NCBI GenBank assembly: GCA_964601215.1
Contig: CAZRMN010000001.1
Coordinates: 334-64,333, forward strand
DNA: 64,000 nucleotides
Reading direction: 5' to 3'
Source of the DNA: an uncultured archaeon
GTDB lineage: Archaea > Aenigmatarchaeota > Aenigmatarchaeia > CG10238-14 > SCSR01
Shown piece by piece: positions 9,874 to 19,472 of the stretch (the stretch's first letter is position 1; each line of letters opens with the position of its first letter). The notes under the pieces were generated by a model that saw nothing but the letters and a program-made list of their open reading frames with translations, ran no database searches and was not told the DNA's origin. The position numbers and the translations under genes were made by a program.

Positions 9874-10028
9874 ACAATATATATCATAAAATTGTAAAAG
9901 AAAAATTTTGATATAGCCTTGTAATATGGGTACTTTTTTTGTAGAAGAAATGTAATTAAAAACTCTCAAAGAACCGTGTAATTTAACATTAGTAAAATTT
10001 AAATATTGTTAAAAATACTAATGTTAAT

Positions 10029-11315
10029 ATGGAAAAAGAAAGAATATACCCTAGAGCAATTCTACCAAAATTATTAAAATGGTTAGATAGAAGAGAAGCC
10101 TATGCAATTAAAGGCCCTAGACAATCTGGTAAAACAACTCTTTTAAGAATTTTGGAGAAAGAATTAAAAAAGAAAAAGAGAAATGTGGTTTTTTTAAACT
10201 TTGAAGATCCAGATGTACTAGAGACTTTTGAAAAAAATCCTAAAGAATACATCAACTCTTTCTTGACCAAACATAAAAAATACTACTTTTTAATGGATGA
10301 GTACCATTATGTAAAAGAACCTGGAAAGAAGCTTAAGCTATTGTTTGATACTTTTGAAAATGCAAAGTTTATAGTAACTGGTAGTTCCTCTCTAGAGTTA
10401 AGTGGAGCCATGGCAAAATTTTTAGTTGGAAGAGTTTTTTTCTTTGAATTATTCCCGTTTAGCTTTTACGAATTTTTATTAGCAAAAAATCCAAGGTTAG
10501 CTAGAATTTATAAAGAAAGAAATAAAAGAATTAAGGAATTTATCTTGAAAGGTAAATTCAAAATTAAAAAGGACATTTTTGTGAACGAGTTCGTCCCTTT
10601 TCTAAACGAATACATAATTTTTGGAGGTTATCCTGCTGTAATAAAAGCTAAAGATTTTGAAACAAAAAGAATGGTTTTAAAAAGCATTTATGATACTTAT
10701 ATTTCAAAAGATGTTGTAGAATTTCTCAAAATTAGTGATGCATTTAAGTATCGAGCTATAGTCAGGATGTTAGCAGCTCTTGTGGGAAACCTCCTAAATT
10801 ATAACGAAATTTGTTCTGCTTGTCAGAGTTATTATAAAGAGGTTAAAAGAATAATTTCTATCCTCTTTGAAACTTATATAATAAGTTTAATCTACCCATT
10901 TTATAAGAACCCTGTCACAGAACTTAAAAAAGTTCCAAAAGTATTCTTCCTCGATTTAGGTTTAAGGAATTATATAATAGATAATTTTAACCCACTCGAA
11001 AAAAGAACAGATTCAGGAGCAATGGTTGAAAACTTTGTTTTCTTAGGTTTAAGAAATATGTTTCCAGAAAAAACGATAAACTATTGGCGAACGATAGCAA
11101 AAGCAGAAGTCGACTTTGTACTCAGGTTAAACGATAAAATCGTTCCAGTAGAAGTTAAGTATCAAAGAATTGTAAGACCAAAAATTTCAAGAAGTTTCAG
11201 GAGTTTCCTCAAAACCTATAAACCAGAAAGAGCACTAGTAATTACAAAGAACTTTTGGGGTAAGACAAAAATTGAAAAAACTATTGTGGTATTTGCCCCT
11301 TTATGTTATATTTAG
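10029..11315 (+). CDS. AAA+ ATPase of the DUF4143 (AAA_14) family
   Basis: Walker A GPRQSGKTTLL, Walker B FLMDEYHY, and a C-terminal DUF4143-like region. Confidence 0.75.
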   Translation: MEKERIYPRAILPKLLKWLDRREAYAIKGPRQSGKTTLLRILEKELKKKKRNVVFLNFEDPDVLETFEKNPKEYINSFLTKHKKYYFLMDEYHYVKEPGKKLKLLFDTFENAKFIVTGSSSLELSGAMAKFLVGRVFFFELFPFSFYEFLLAKNPRLARIYKERNKRIKEFILKGKFKIKKDIFVNEFVPFLNEYIIFGGYPAVIKAKDFETKRMVLKSIYDTYISKDVVEFLKISDAFKYRAIVRMLAALVGNLLNYNEICSACQSYYKEVKRIISILFETYIISLIYPFYKNPVTELKKVPKVFFLDLGLRNYIIDNFNPLEKRTDSGAMVENFVFLGLRNMFPEKTINYWRTIAKAEVDFVLRLNDKIVPVEVKYQRIVRPKISRSFRSFLKTYKPERALVITKNFWGKTKIEKTIVVFAPLCYI

Positions 11316-11393
11316 GAATTAGTTACCAAAGACACGCTAGTTTAATCGAATTTTCCGTATTTCTCAATTCTTTTCCATTCTTTCACAAAATTA

Positions 11394-11411
11394 ATGTTAT
11401 ACGTATAACAT
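11394..11411. repeat. Perfect 18-nt palindrome ATGTTATACGTATAACAT between convergent genes (second copy of the motif)
   Basis: Read directly from the sequence. Confidence 0.9.
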
Positions 11412-11429
11412 CAAAACAAAAAAATTATT

Positions 11430-12116
11430 TCACTCTTTCTTAACTACTATTCCTTTTTTAGTAACTTCAATTGGATAAATGTCTGTACCATGATTAGTCC
11501 TTCTCATTTTTCTTATTAGTAAGCTTCTTGGAGTTCCACCAGCAGCATATTCAAGATAGTGTAAAACTATTACGCTATCAGTAACGAATTCCTCAAACCC
11601 GAATCTGCTTAAACCTTTAGACTCTTCTGGAATTTCGCCAACAAGCAAGCTAGTAACTCCGTACTTCTTCAAACGCATGATAAAATCAAAAACTTTTGCT
11701 CTTAATTCAATTGGTTCAACTCCTCTTGCACATAAAGCAACTAAAGTTAAACTATCAAGAACAAACCTAGAAGCATTAACTTCTTTTATTCTTTTAAAAA
11801 TATCAAAATCAAGCTCGTCAAAAGTTTTTGGAAAAACATACTCAACTATTAATCTTTTTTCTTCAATGTAAGGCCGGAAATCCATTCCAAATTGTAGAGC
11901 TTCAGCAATAATATCCTCAGCAGGTTCTTCTAAAGTAATGTAAACACAGTTTTCGCCACGTTTTAAACCTTCCCAGATAAACTGACAACAAAAAATTGTT
12001 TTTAAAGTACCAGTAGAGCCTGCAATCAAATTTGCAGAACCTTTTATAAAACCGCCTTGAATTAATTCGTCTAGCCCAGGAATCCCTGAAGGAATCCTTT
12101 CAGTTTTAATTTCCAT
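11430..12116 (-). CDS. KaiC-like RecA-superfamily ATPase, ArlH/FlaH-like
   Basis: GIPGLDELIQGG, then a P-loop-like GSTGTLKT with Leu in place of the usual Gly. About 230 aa, adjacent to the pilin and FlaI/FlaJ genes. Confidence 0.55.
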   Translation of the reverse strand: MEIKTERIPSGIPGLDELIQGGFIKGSANLIAGSTGTLKTIFCCQFIWEGLKRGENCVYITLEEPAEDIIAEALQFGMDFRPYIEEKRLIVEYVFPKTFDELDFDIFKRIKEVNASRFVLDSLTLVALCARGVEPIELRAKVFDFIMRLKKYGVTSLLVGEIPEESKGLSRFGFEEFVTDSVIVLHYLEYAAGGTPRSLLIRKMRRTNHGTDIYPIEVTKKGIVVKKE

Positions 12117-12229
12117 AAAATATTTTTAGAATTTCTTAATATTAAACTTTTAAAAAATGAAAAAAAATATAAATTCAATTACTTTTTTCTTGTTCTGAGT
12201 ACTTGATGAAAAATAAAAAGTTAAGAAGT

Positions 12230-12712
12230 CTAAGCAGCCTCTATTGTTCCTGTGATTTTTCCTACTGTTTCGTGTCTTACTGGAGGACTCACACTAATAT
12301 CATCGTATATAATCTTCACATCGAGAGCATAGCAGTCTCCTGCAGTAGTTGTACCTCCTGATGTCGGACCAGCAACAAATGATTTCGCAGGTCCTCCGGA
12401 AATTAATGTAACTGGTGGACTATAAGATGTATATCCATTTCCATTATTTGTTGAATTTATCTGAATTGCTGTTACGTTAATATCTCCCAGTTTTTGTCTT
12501 TGAAGGTATAATGTCAAATGACCCGTTGAATTGAACTTTATATTGGAGATTCTGACTTCACCGAATCCGGATATCTGTGTCCCTACCCATCTACAAGGCT
12601 TCGTTAGTCCTAGCGAGTATAAAGCTGCAACCACTACGATTACTATTAGTATTGCCCATCCGTAGGTCATCAAGTACTCTAACGCAGTTTGACCTTTTCT
12701 CATCATAACCAT
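12230..12712 (-). CDS. Archaeal type IV pilin or archaellin-like protein with a class III signal peptide
   Basis: N-terminal RKGQTALEYLMTYGWAILIVIVVV. Confidence 0.6.
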   Translation of the reverse strand: MVMMRKGQTALEYLMTYGWAILIVIVVVAALYSLGLTKPCRWVGTQISGFGEVRISNIKFNSTGHLTLYLQRQKLGDINVTAIQINSTNNGNGYTSYSPPVTLISGGPAKSFVAGPTSGGTTTAGDCYALDVKIIYDDISVSPPVRHETVGKITGTIEAA

Positions 12713-12752
12713 CTAAAAAAAATTTGAATTTTCTTAAATATAAAGGTAATTA

Positions 12753-13751
12753 TTAAACAATTCCACCAAACATTCCAGCTAGTAAATGTCTTGTGATTAA
12801 AAAAACACTAAGTCCAACCACTAAAAGCAAAACTACAAATCTAATACCAGCAGTTTCCCTTCCAGCTTCTATTAAGCCTAGAATCAAACCACCAAAAAAA
12901 GTGGTTATTGCTATAGCAGAAATGCAAAACCAAAAAAGCGTATCCATAGAAATTTCTGGTGCAGAAAATTTAATTGGAATTTGGGCTGCAGTTGGAACTA
13001 GTTCCTCGCCAACGCTGGCTATTGCCCCTATTTTAGTCATCATGCTAACTAGGTGCGAGGAAACTGCATATAATAAAGGAGCACCAATACCAGCAGCAAA
13101 AAATATGAAAATTATGTACATCGTAACGTTAGCCTTTATTTCCTTTCTAATAGATTGTAATTGCCTAACATCGTTTGCTGTTTCATCTAGCAAAGTAGCA
13201 AGCTCTCCACCAGATTTTAATCCTTCTGTTATTAGCCTTATAGTTCTTTTAAGAGTTTTTGAACCAATCCTTTTAGGGATTTCTTCCAGAGCTTCTTCTA
13301 TTGGCTTTCCAGCTAAAGCCTCTTTTGCTGCTCTTTTAATCTCAACTTCTAGAGGGCCAAATTCCGACCTAGCTGATAATAGCAAGGCTCGATCAGGAGT
13401 AATTCCTGCTCTAATGTTTGCGGACATTAGCTGCAAAGCATCTGGAATTACTTCCTCTACAAACTTTGCTTTTTTCTCTGCCAAAAGTATTACTATAGCA
13501 TGCCCAGAAAAATAAGTTGCAACAAAACTTAAAAGAAAAATAAAAACTATCCATGGAAAGGAAATTCCAAAAATGAAAAATGATAGAAGAAAAATACCCA
13601 GAGAAATTATTAAAGATAAGATGAGCATGAAACCTATGAAAACCTCTGGTAAAAGGCTTACATCTGAGCAAATTAAAATCTTTTCTATGTAAGCTTTATA
13701 CTTCTTTGAAGCATACCTTCCTATTCCCCTAAAAAATTTTTCTCCCTTCAT
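12753..13751 (-). CDS. Type II secretion system F-domain membrane protein (FlaJ/TadC-like)
   Basis: Polytopic membrane protein with a T2SSF-like cytoplasmic domain, in an operon with the FlaI-like ATPase. Confidence 0.55.
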   Translation of the reverse strand: MKGEKFFRGIGRYASKKYKAYIEKILICSDVSLLPEVFIGFMLILSLIISLGIFLLSFFIFGISFPWIVFIFLLSFVATYFSGHAIVILLAEKKAKFVEEVIPDALQLMSANIRAGITPDRALLLSARSEFGPLEVEIKRAAKEALAGKPIEEALEEIPKRIGSKTLKRTIRLITEGLKSGGELATLLDETANDVRQLQSIRKEIKANVTMYIIFIFFAAGIGAPLLYAVSSHLVSMMTKIGAIASVGEELVPTAAQIPIKFSAPEISMDTLFWFCISAIAITTFFGGLILGLIEAGRETAGIRFVVLLLVVGLSVFLITRHLLAGMFGGIV

Positions 13752-14642
13752 TTAAATCACCAAAGGAGGTCTTCTTGTCTTTACCAATCCCATGAACATG
13801 AACTGGAAAAAGACCAAAAAGGCTAATATTCCATAAAGCGCAAAATCTAAAGGTAAAATGGTAAAACCTATGAAAGAAGAAAGTACAATAAGAAAAGTTA
13901 TTCCTAGGGAAGGAATTATGACTGCAGACATCATATAGATTAAAGCCATTGGATTTAGTTGAGCTCCATATCTTCTAATTTCTATTCTCTGCTCGTTTGC
14001 AAGATTGTTTACTATTTCTTTTAAAGTTTCTCCTATATCAGAGCCTGCCCTCATCGCGTTAACTATTTGCCATATTACTCTTCTAAAGTGTAAAGAAGGA
14101 TTCCTAAAGGCCATGTTATCCAAAGCTTCAACTTCGGGAACGCCTCCGTGAATTTCTTTTACTGCAATTTTAAACTCATCCGAAATTAAACCATAGTCTG
14201 CAGTAGAAACAGAAACCAAAGAATTGAACAAAGGAACGCCTGAACGAATTTGAACGAGTAGATGCCTTAAAGCAAAAAGCAAATCCTTTTCCAAAGATTT
14301 GATCTTCCTTAAAGTCAAAAGTTTTGGGTAAGTAATTAAGTAGTAAAAAACAAAACCAGAAAATACCAAAGCTATTGCTAAGCTTATGTAAAAGTAGCTA
14401 GTAGAAAGCATAGCGGGCAAGGTTTTGTAAACTATCAGACCAAGAAAAAATAGGAGAAAGAAAATAATTGAGAAATAGAAAATAAAACAAAAAAGAGCTA
14501 TTGCGATGTATTCTCTAGGCCTAAAATCTAGTCTTGCTTGTTTTAATTCAAGAAAGAGAGAAGGAAAAAACCTAGTTAAATAGCTACTTATTCCATAAAA
14601 CCTTCTGGTTATTTTTTTTACAACTTCCAATTTAAAAGGCAA
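13752..14642 (-). CDS. Type II secretion system F-domain membrane protein (FlaJ/TadB-like)
   Basis: Polytopic membrane protein, immediately adjacent to its paralog. Confidence 0.5.
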   Translation of the reverse strand: MPFKLEVVKKITRRFYGISSYLTRFFPSLFLELKQARLDFRPREYIAIALFCFIFYFSIIFFLLFFLGLIVYKTLPAMLSTSYFYISLAIALVFSGFVFYYLITYPKLLTLRKIKSLEKDLLFALRHLLVQIRSGVPLFNSLVSVSTADYGLISDEFKIAVKEIHGGVPEVEALDNMAFRNPSLHFRRVIWQIVNAMRAGSDIGETLKEIVNNLANEQRIEIRRYGAQLNPMALIYMMSAVIIPSLGITFLIVLSSFIGFTILPLDFALYGILAFLVFFQFMFMGLVKTRRPPLVI

Positions 14643-14650
14643 GAATGGAA

Positions 14651-17600
14651 TTATCGTTTTAACTCCCTCGCAAATTTTCCTAAAATTAATTCGGGCGATT
14701 GATTTTCATTTATAATCTTCAAAACTTTTTCCTCATCCAAGTAATACTCAGAAACAACTCTCCCTACAGTGTTAACAGTATTTATATTGTTTTTAACCAT
14801 CCACCTCAAAACCTTCATCTTGTTCTTCAAATCCTTTTTAATTTCTTGGTCGGTCATGCCAGTGAAAAGCTTAAGTGTTTCTATGACTCTAACACTCGGC
14901 CTAAAAGGAATTATTTCATCCTTGTCTGCTCTCCATCTGTACAAAATGTTCAAACCTATTGGTCCTCTTTCTGGTGGAACTATTTCTGCAACTTGAAAAG
15001 TTCTTCTTATCCCTTTTCTTCTGTCTCTATGCATTACTGCAATCAAATGTAAAGCTTCTAGCATAGTTTCTGGTACGTTTATTGGCGGGTTAATCATTCT
15101 TCTTATAGTCTGTTCAGCAGTATCAGCGTGCAAAGTAGCATAAACGCTATGGCCTGTGTGCATAGCTTCGAATAAAACTTCTGCCTCTCTCGCTCTTCTT
15201 ATCTCTCCTACTATTATTCTATCTGGTCTCATTCTTAATGCATTCACCATTAAATCAAGCATTGTATCTTGAACTAATGTAAAATTGTTAATCCCTGCAA
15301 CGAAATATGTATGAGACTCAGGCGTTATATCATAAGTTGGTAATTTTTGAGTATTTGGCATGATTTCTACATGAGTAATTTCAACAAATTCTAGGTCAGG
15401 TCTTAATAGTAATTCAATGTTTTTTCTTTCATTCTCTGGAATATTAATTCCTCTTTTTTCAGCAATTTTTATAATTTCCAATAAACTCTTTTTTGGAATA
15501 CTTTTTCTGTCAAAAGCATGATAGAAGTGATGTTTATACTTTTCTTCTTTAGAAAGGATATTCCTGAATAGTTCTAAGTATTTTTTCACTATTACTGAAG
15601 GAATTCTTCCTCTTCTGGAAGTTTTGGTTGAAAAATCTAGTTGCAAATTTTTCATAGCCGCTTTTTTATTTTTCTCGACTTTGAACGGTAAAATTTTACA
15701 CGCTCTTTTTAGGTCTTCTCTTGTGGTTATGTTAACTTGATAAACCCTTTTTGACGGATATATCCTTGACCAAATTCCAAGTCTTAATAACAAATACTTG
15801 AACTCCTTCGCCGCTTTTTCGTTAGAGGTTGCGAGTGAAATTTTGCCTTTAGAAACCGAACCATCTCCATCTATAAACCCAGCCAAAAATGAAGCAATAA
15901 CTTTTTCAGGACTTTTCATTATGCATTTAGGTACTCTTATTTCTTTTGATTTTTTTAAACCGAAAAATTTCTTCATGAACTCTTTTACTACTTTTGAAAG
16001 AATTTGATACCTTTTATATTTTCCATTTTTTACTCTTACTCGAATACCAAAAATTTCTCTAACTAGGGATTGTAAAAATGGGACTCTCTTTTTTTGGACT
16101 ACAACAATTCCATTTTTAGAAATAGTTTTTTCTGCCAAAAGAAATCCAGCTAAGTATGCGAGCTTCTCGTCTATAATTTTTGGAATTTTAACAATTTTTC
16201 CAGCTTTTGGTTTTAAATATACAACTTTTTTTTCTATTTCTTTTGTGCTTAAATTTTCGCTTAGGTCTATTAATTTTTTCAAAATATCCAACCTAATAAT
16301 CCCAGTTTTTTTATACCAGTAAAGAGCCTGTCTTTTCACTCCACAAATTTTTGCCAAATAATTTAAGGAGTATTTTTGTGTTAATTCATTTAACACTTCT
16401 TTTACTAAACCTCCCAACTTCGCTGCATAGAAATCCTTTTCACACATATCCCAAATTCTGATAAATTGATAACAAGAATTAATTTTGAGATGGGTAAATA
16501 CAGGTAAATAAAACTTCTTATCCTTGATTTCTTTTGGTTTTAACAATTCTATTTCTCCAGACACCCCGATTACTGGTATTTTTGTATTTTCTGTTATTCG
16601 AATAGCTTCTCCATCTTCACAGAAAATTCTACAAATGAATTTTCTTTCAGTAATTTTTGAATTAAACTTTATTTTATCTGAGATATACTCAAATCTCCTA
16701 GGGTCTCCCCCAAGGACGGTATGTCCATTTCCATCTGTAACAAAAACATTCGATTTTATTTTTCTTAATCTATTCTTTTTAAAAGAGTTGTTTACATATT
16801 CTGAAATCTCATACAAGACGCCATCTCCGTCTACAAAAAAAGTACCTGGATAAACGCACACTTCTCCTTTTCCTTCAGGATTTGGTTCTCTTGTAGTCAT
16901 GGGTACCCAATGCAAGAAATCAGGGAGTCTTATTTCTCTTGTATCCTCAATAGAAATTACTCTATGATTTGGAGGGATGAAGGTAGTTAAAACATTCAGG
17001 AAAGAAGTTTTTCCAGTTCCAGTTCCTCCAGAAATTATCATGTTTAGCTCGTACTGAATTGCTAACCAGAGAAAAGCCGCAACTTCCTCGCTGATAGTAT
17101 TGATTTTAATGAAATCTGTAATTGTCCAAGGTCTTCTTGCAAACTTTCTTATGCTTATGGTATTGCCTTTTGTAGAAATTGGAAAAAGGGTTGCATTTAC
17201 TCTATCACCAGAAGTAAGCTGAGCGTCCATTAAAGGGTTTAAACTTGTGATACTTCTTCCTACCCTTCTTCCAATTAAAGCTGCATAGTTATAAATTTGT
17301 AAATCGCTTTCCAGCTTTACATTAGTTTTAAGCCATCCATACTTCCTATGGTAAACCCACAATGGCTCCTGAGAATTATTAATTACTATATCCTCAAGAT
17401 TTTCATCTACTAGTAAAAGTTCTATATCACCTAAGCCAAGCATTTCATGCACGAGCGTGCCAGCAAATATTTCCTTTTCTTCCCTAGAAACGTTTGGAAA
17501 TTCTTTTTCTATTAGTTCAAAAGCCTTTTCAAAAAACCTTTTCTTCAATTCTTCCATTATTCTTGGGTCTAAAATTTCTTGAGGTTTTACTCTTACCACA

Positions 17601-17764
17601 GTAATAAGCTTTGCTTTTATCGCATCGAGTATAGCAATAGTTGCCTCTTCAAATTTTGGTAAAATTAATTCATAGATTGGGACAAATTCTCCAGGCTTTT
17701 TAATTATATTAACTTGACCTGGAACTCCATCAGCCTCAATTTTATAAGATTCCAGGATTTTCAT
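14651..17764 (-). CDS. FlaI/VirB11/GspE-family secretion ATPase interrupted by a LAGLIDADG intein
   Basis: Walker A GGTGTGKTS, IEDTREI, extein resumes at RPDRIIVGEIR and HTGHSVYATLHA. Inserted segment CVYPG... with LAGFLLAEK and FLAGFIDGDGSV motifs. Confidence 0.8.
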   Translation of the reverse strand: MKILESYKIEADGVPGQVNIIKKPGEFVPIYELILPKFEEATIAILDAIKAKLITVVRVKPQEILDPRIMEELKKRFFEKAFELIEKEFPNVSREEKEIFAGTLVHEMLGLGDIELLLVDENLEDIVINNSQEPLWVYHRKYGWLKTNVKLESDLQIYNYAALIGRRVGRSITSLNPLMDAQLTSGDRVNATLFPISTKGNTISIRKFARRPWTITDFIKINTISEEVAAFLWLAIQYELNMIISGGTGTGKTSFLNVLTTFIPPNHRVISIEDTREIRLPDFLHWVPMTTREPNPEGKGEVCVYPGTFFVDGDGVLYEISEYVNNSFKKNRLRKIKSNVFVTDGNGHTVLGGDPRRFEYISDKIKFNSKITERKFICRIFCEDGEAIRITENTKIPVIGVSGEIELLKPKEIKDKKFYLPVFTHLKINSCYQFIRIWDMCEKDFYAAKLGGLVKEVLNELTQKYSLNYLAKICGVKRQALYWYKKTGIIRLDILKKLIDLSENLSTKEIEKKVVYLKPKAGKIVKIPKIIDEKLAYLAGFLLAEKTISKNGIVVVQKKRVPFLQSLVREIFGIRVRVKNGKYKRYQILSKVVKEFMKKFFGLKKSKEIRVPKCIMKSPEKVIASFLAGFIDGDGSVSKGKISLATSNEKAAKEFKYLLLRLGIWSRIYPSKRVYQVNITTREDLKRACKILPFKVEKNKKAAMKNLQLDFSTKTSRRGRIPSVIVKKYLELFRNILSKEEKYKHHFYHAFDRKSIPKKSLLEIIKIAEKRGINIPENERKNIELLLRPDLEFVEITHVEIMPNTQKLPTYDITPESHTYFVAGINNFTLVQDTMLDLMVNALRMRPDRIIVGEIRRAREAEVLFEAMHTGHSVYATLHADTAEQTIRRMINPPINVPETMLEALHLIAVMHRDRRKGIRRTFQVAEIVPPERGPIGLNILYRWRADKDEIIPFRPSVRVIETLKLFTGMTDQEIKKDLKNKMKVLRWMVKNNINTVNTVGRVVSEYYLDEEKVLKIINENQSPELILGKFARELKR
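15266..16858 (-). other. Intein of about 525-531 aa within the FlaI-like ATPase; C-terminal boundary approximate
   Basis: Starts with Cys after GKGEV. Two LAGLIDADG blocks. Extein homology to FlaI resumes at TMLDLMVNALRMRPDR. Confidence 0.55.
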
Positions 17765-18402
17765 TTTTTCTTCTCCCTCAGTTCAGGACTTCCTACAGGA
17801 GGATAAACCACTTCTACCAAACCATGGTCTTCAAGAATTTTCGCCCACTCTTCAATAGTATTCAAATCTACTTTAAACATCTTAGCTATCTCATCAAAAG
17901 TAATCTTTCCTTTTTTCCTAATCACATTAAAAATTTTATCAACATCAGTTTCCATTATAGCTAAATACTTCTTCTTTTCCTCGCTACTCATAAGCTTTGC
18001 AATAGAATCTATTATATCCTCTCTTGCTATTATTCCAACCAGCATATTCTTATCGTCTATGACAGGAAGTCTTTTAATCCTGTAAAGATTCATCAAAAAA
18101 ATTGCCCTATCTATGCCCTCGTTCTCATTTATTACTATAACCTTCTTCTTCATTATTTCTTTAACAGAAGAAATTCCTTTCTCCCTTAGCCCCTTTACAT
18201 CCTCTCCGTTTATTGCAATCAATTCTTTTTTTCCTAAAGCTTCTAAAATATCAGCTTCGGTAACTATTCCAACAAGTTTGCCTTTTTCAACTACAGGTAC
18301 GCCAGAAATTTTTTCCTCTCTCATGAGCCTAATAACTTCTATTATTTTTTCTTCAGGAGAAACCGTAACAACACGAGTAGTCATCACGTCTTTAACTTTC
18401 AT
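17761..18402 (-). CDS. CBS domain pair protein with a C-terminal HTH-like tail
   Basis: Tandem CBS motifs (VMTTRVVTV and IIAREDII); 4-nt overlap with the ATPase gene. Confidence 0.55.
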   Translation of the reverse strand: MKVKDVMTTRVVTVSPEEKIIEVIRLMREEKISGVPVVEKGKLVGIVTEADILEALGKKELIAINGEDVKGLREKGISSVKEIMKKKVIVINENEGIDRAIFLMNLYRIKRLPVIDDKNMLVGIIAREDIIDSIAKLMSSEEKKKYLAIMETDVDKIFNVIRKKGKITFDEIAKMFKVDLNTIEEWAKILEDHGLVEVVYPPVGSPELREKKK

Positions 18403-18446
18403 AATCTCACATTAAAAATTTCTTTTTTGTTTATTTTATACTTAAC

Positions 18447-19472
18447 TTAAGGTAAAAGCAGATTTTCTACTCCATAGATTTGTGCATGCGTTAAAGTGCC
18501 GCAAGTTTCGTTATCAATTCTAAACCAGCTTATGTCTAAACCATTAACCCTATAGCTAGTATAAGTATTGCTATCCCAGTACAAATGGTCCACAACAGTT
18601 TTGTTTTCCTTGATTTCTAAGCCTAAATCATACAAAGTTTGCAAGTTAACAAAGTGTTCTAAGCCGATTTGTCTACCAGGAGCAAGGTTTTGATACTTGC
18701 TACTAGTAGTAAGCCTACCTTCAAGTCTGTCTAAAAAGCTTGCTCCTTCCCAAGAAGGATGATAATATCCTTCTAAAACATCTTCCTTCATATCTTCTAA
18801 ACTCCAGGAAACACCTATTTGAGAAGTATTGAAAGGTGATTTTTTAATTGTCTTAGAATATAAGCCATTGGTTTCCAAAGGAGCTAAAGGATCTTCAAAA
18901 CCCTCTATTGGAACTATTATGCTTTTTTCAACAAATTTGTCTATTCTCACATAATTAGTTTTATCGCTTATGTTTATGGTTAAGTTCAGTTCAAACAAAA
19001 GGTTAAAACTATCATAAGGTTTCACTTTTACTTCACTCAAGCTAATGTTTAACTTGAAAGAAGTAGAATTCGCTGTTCTTCTTATAAAACTTGTCCAGTT
19101 TGATATGGTATTATCTTTCATGTACTGATTTTCTTCACCAAATAGAGTTCCGTTATTGGCTAGTTCTTCTAACCTTGCTTTTGCATCATCCAAACCTTCA
19201 CCACTTCCAATCGTATGATTTATTGCAGCAAGGATTGCTCTTTTTCCTGCTGTGATAACAGCTTTTTCTACATCTTTTTCCAAGTTTTTTTCAAAATAGT
19301 GGATTTGATCAGAGAGTATCTTATCTTTTATATCACTTCCCAAACTTGCGATTAAAGTATTATATATTACTACTAGTACGAAAATGTAAATGATGAAAAG
19401 CACTACCATTAAGCTATAAACAATCCCTTTTTTCAGGCCCAAATTCTTACCTCCATAATAGCAGGTCCCCAA
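18447..19472 (-). CDS. Membrane-anchored pilus-associated protein
   Basis: N-terminal hydrophobic anchor; lies within the pilus operon. Confidence 0.3.
   Translation of the reverse strand: MGTCYYGGKNLGLKKGIVYSLMVVLFIIYIFVLVVIYNTLIASLGSDIKDKILSDQIHYFEKNLEKDVEKAVITAGKRAILAAINHTIGSGEGLDDAKARLEELANNGTLFGEENQYMKDNTISNWTSFIRRTANSTSFKLNISLSEVKVKPYDSFNLLFELNLTINISDKTNYVRIDKFVEKSIIVPIEGFEDPLAPLETNGLYSKTIKKSPFNTSQIGVSWSLEDMKEDVLEGYYHPSWEGASFLDRLEGRLTTSSKYQNLAPGRQIGLEHFVNLQTLYDLGLEIKENKTVVDHLYWDSNTYTSYRVNGLDISWFRIDNETCGTLTHAQIYGVENLLLP

Noticed and set aside
9848-11411. Palindromic repeats considered as CRISPR or terminal inverted repeats of an IS element
   Set aside because: Only two copies, each itself palindromic, about 1.5 kb apart around a non-transposase gene. 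There are no regularly spaced repeats anywhere in the window, so no CRISPR array.
12793-13515. 240-aa plus-strand ORF; similar ORFs at 14699..15052, 16524..16853, 18113..18415 and 59434..59859
   Set aside because: Antisense to well-supported FlaJ, FlaI and MCM genes; low-complexity Ser/Ile-rich translations typical of antisense AT-rich frames.
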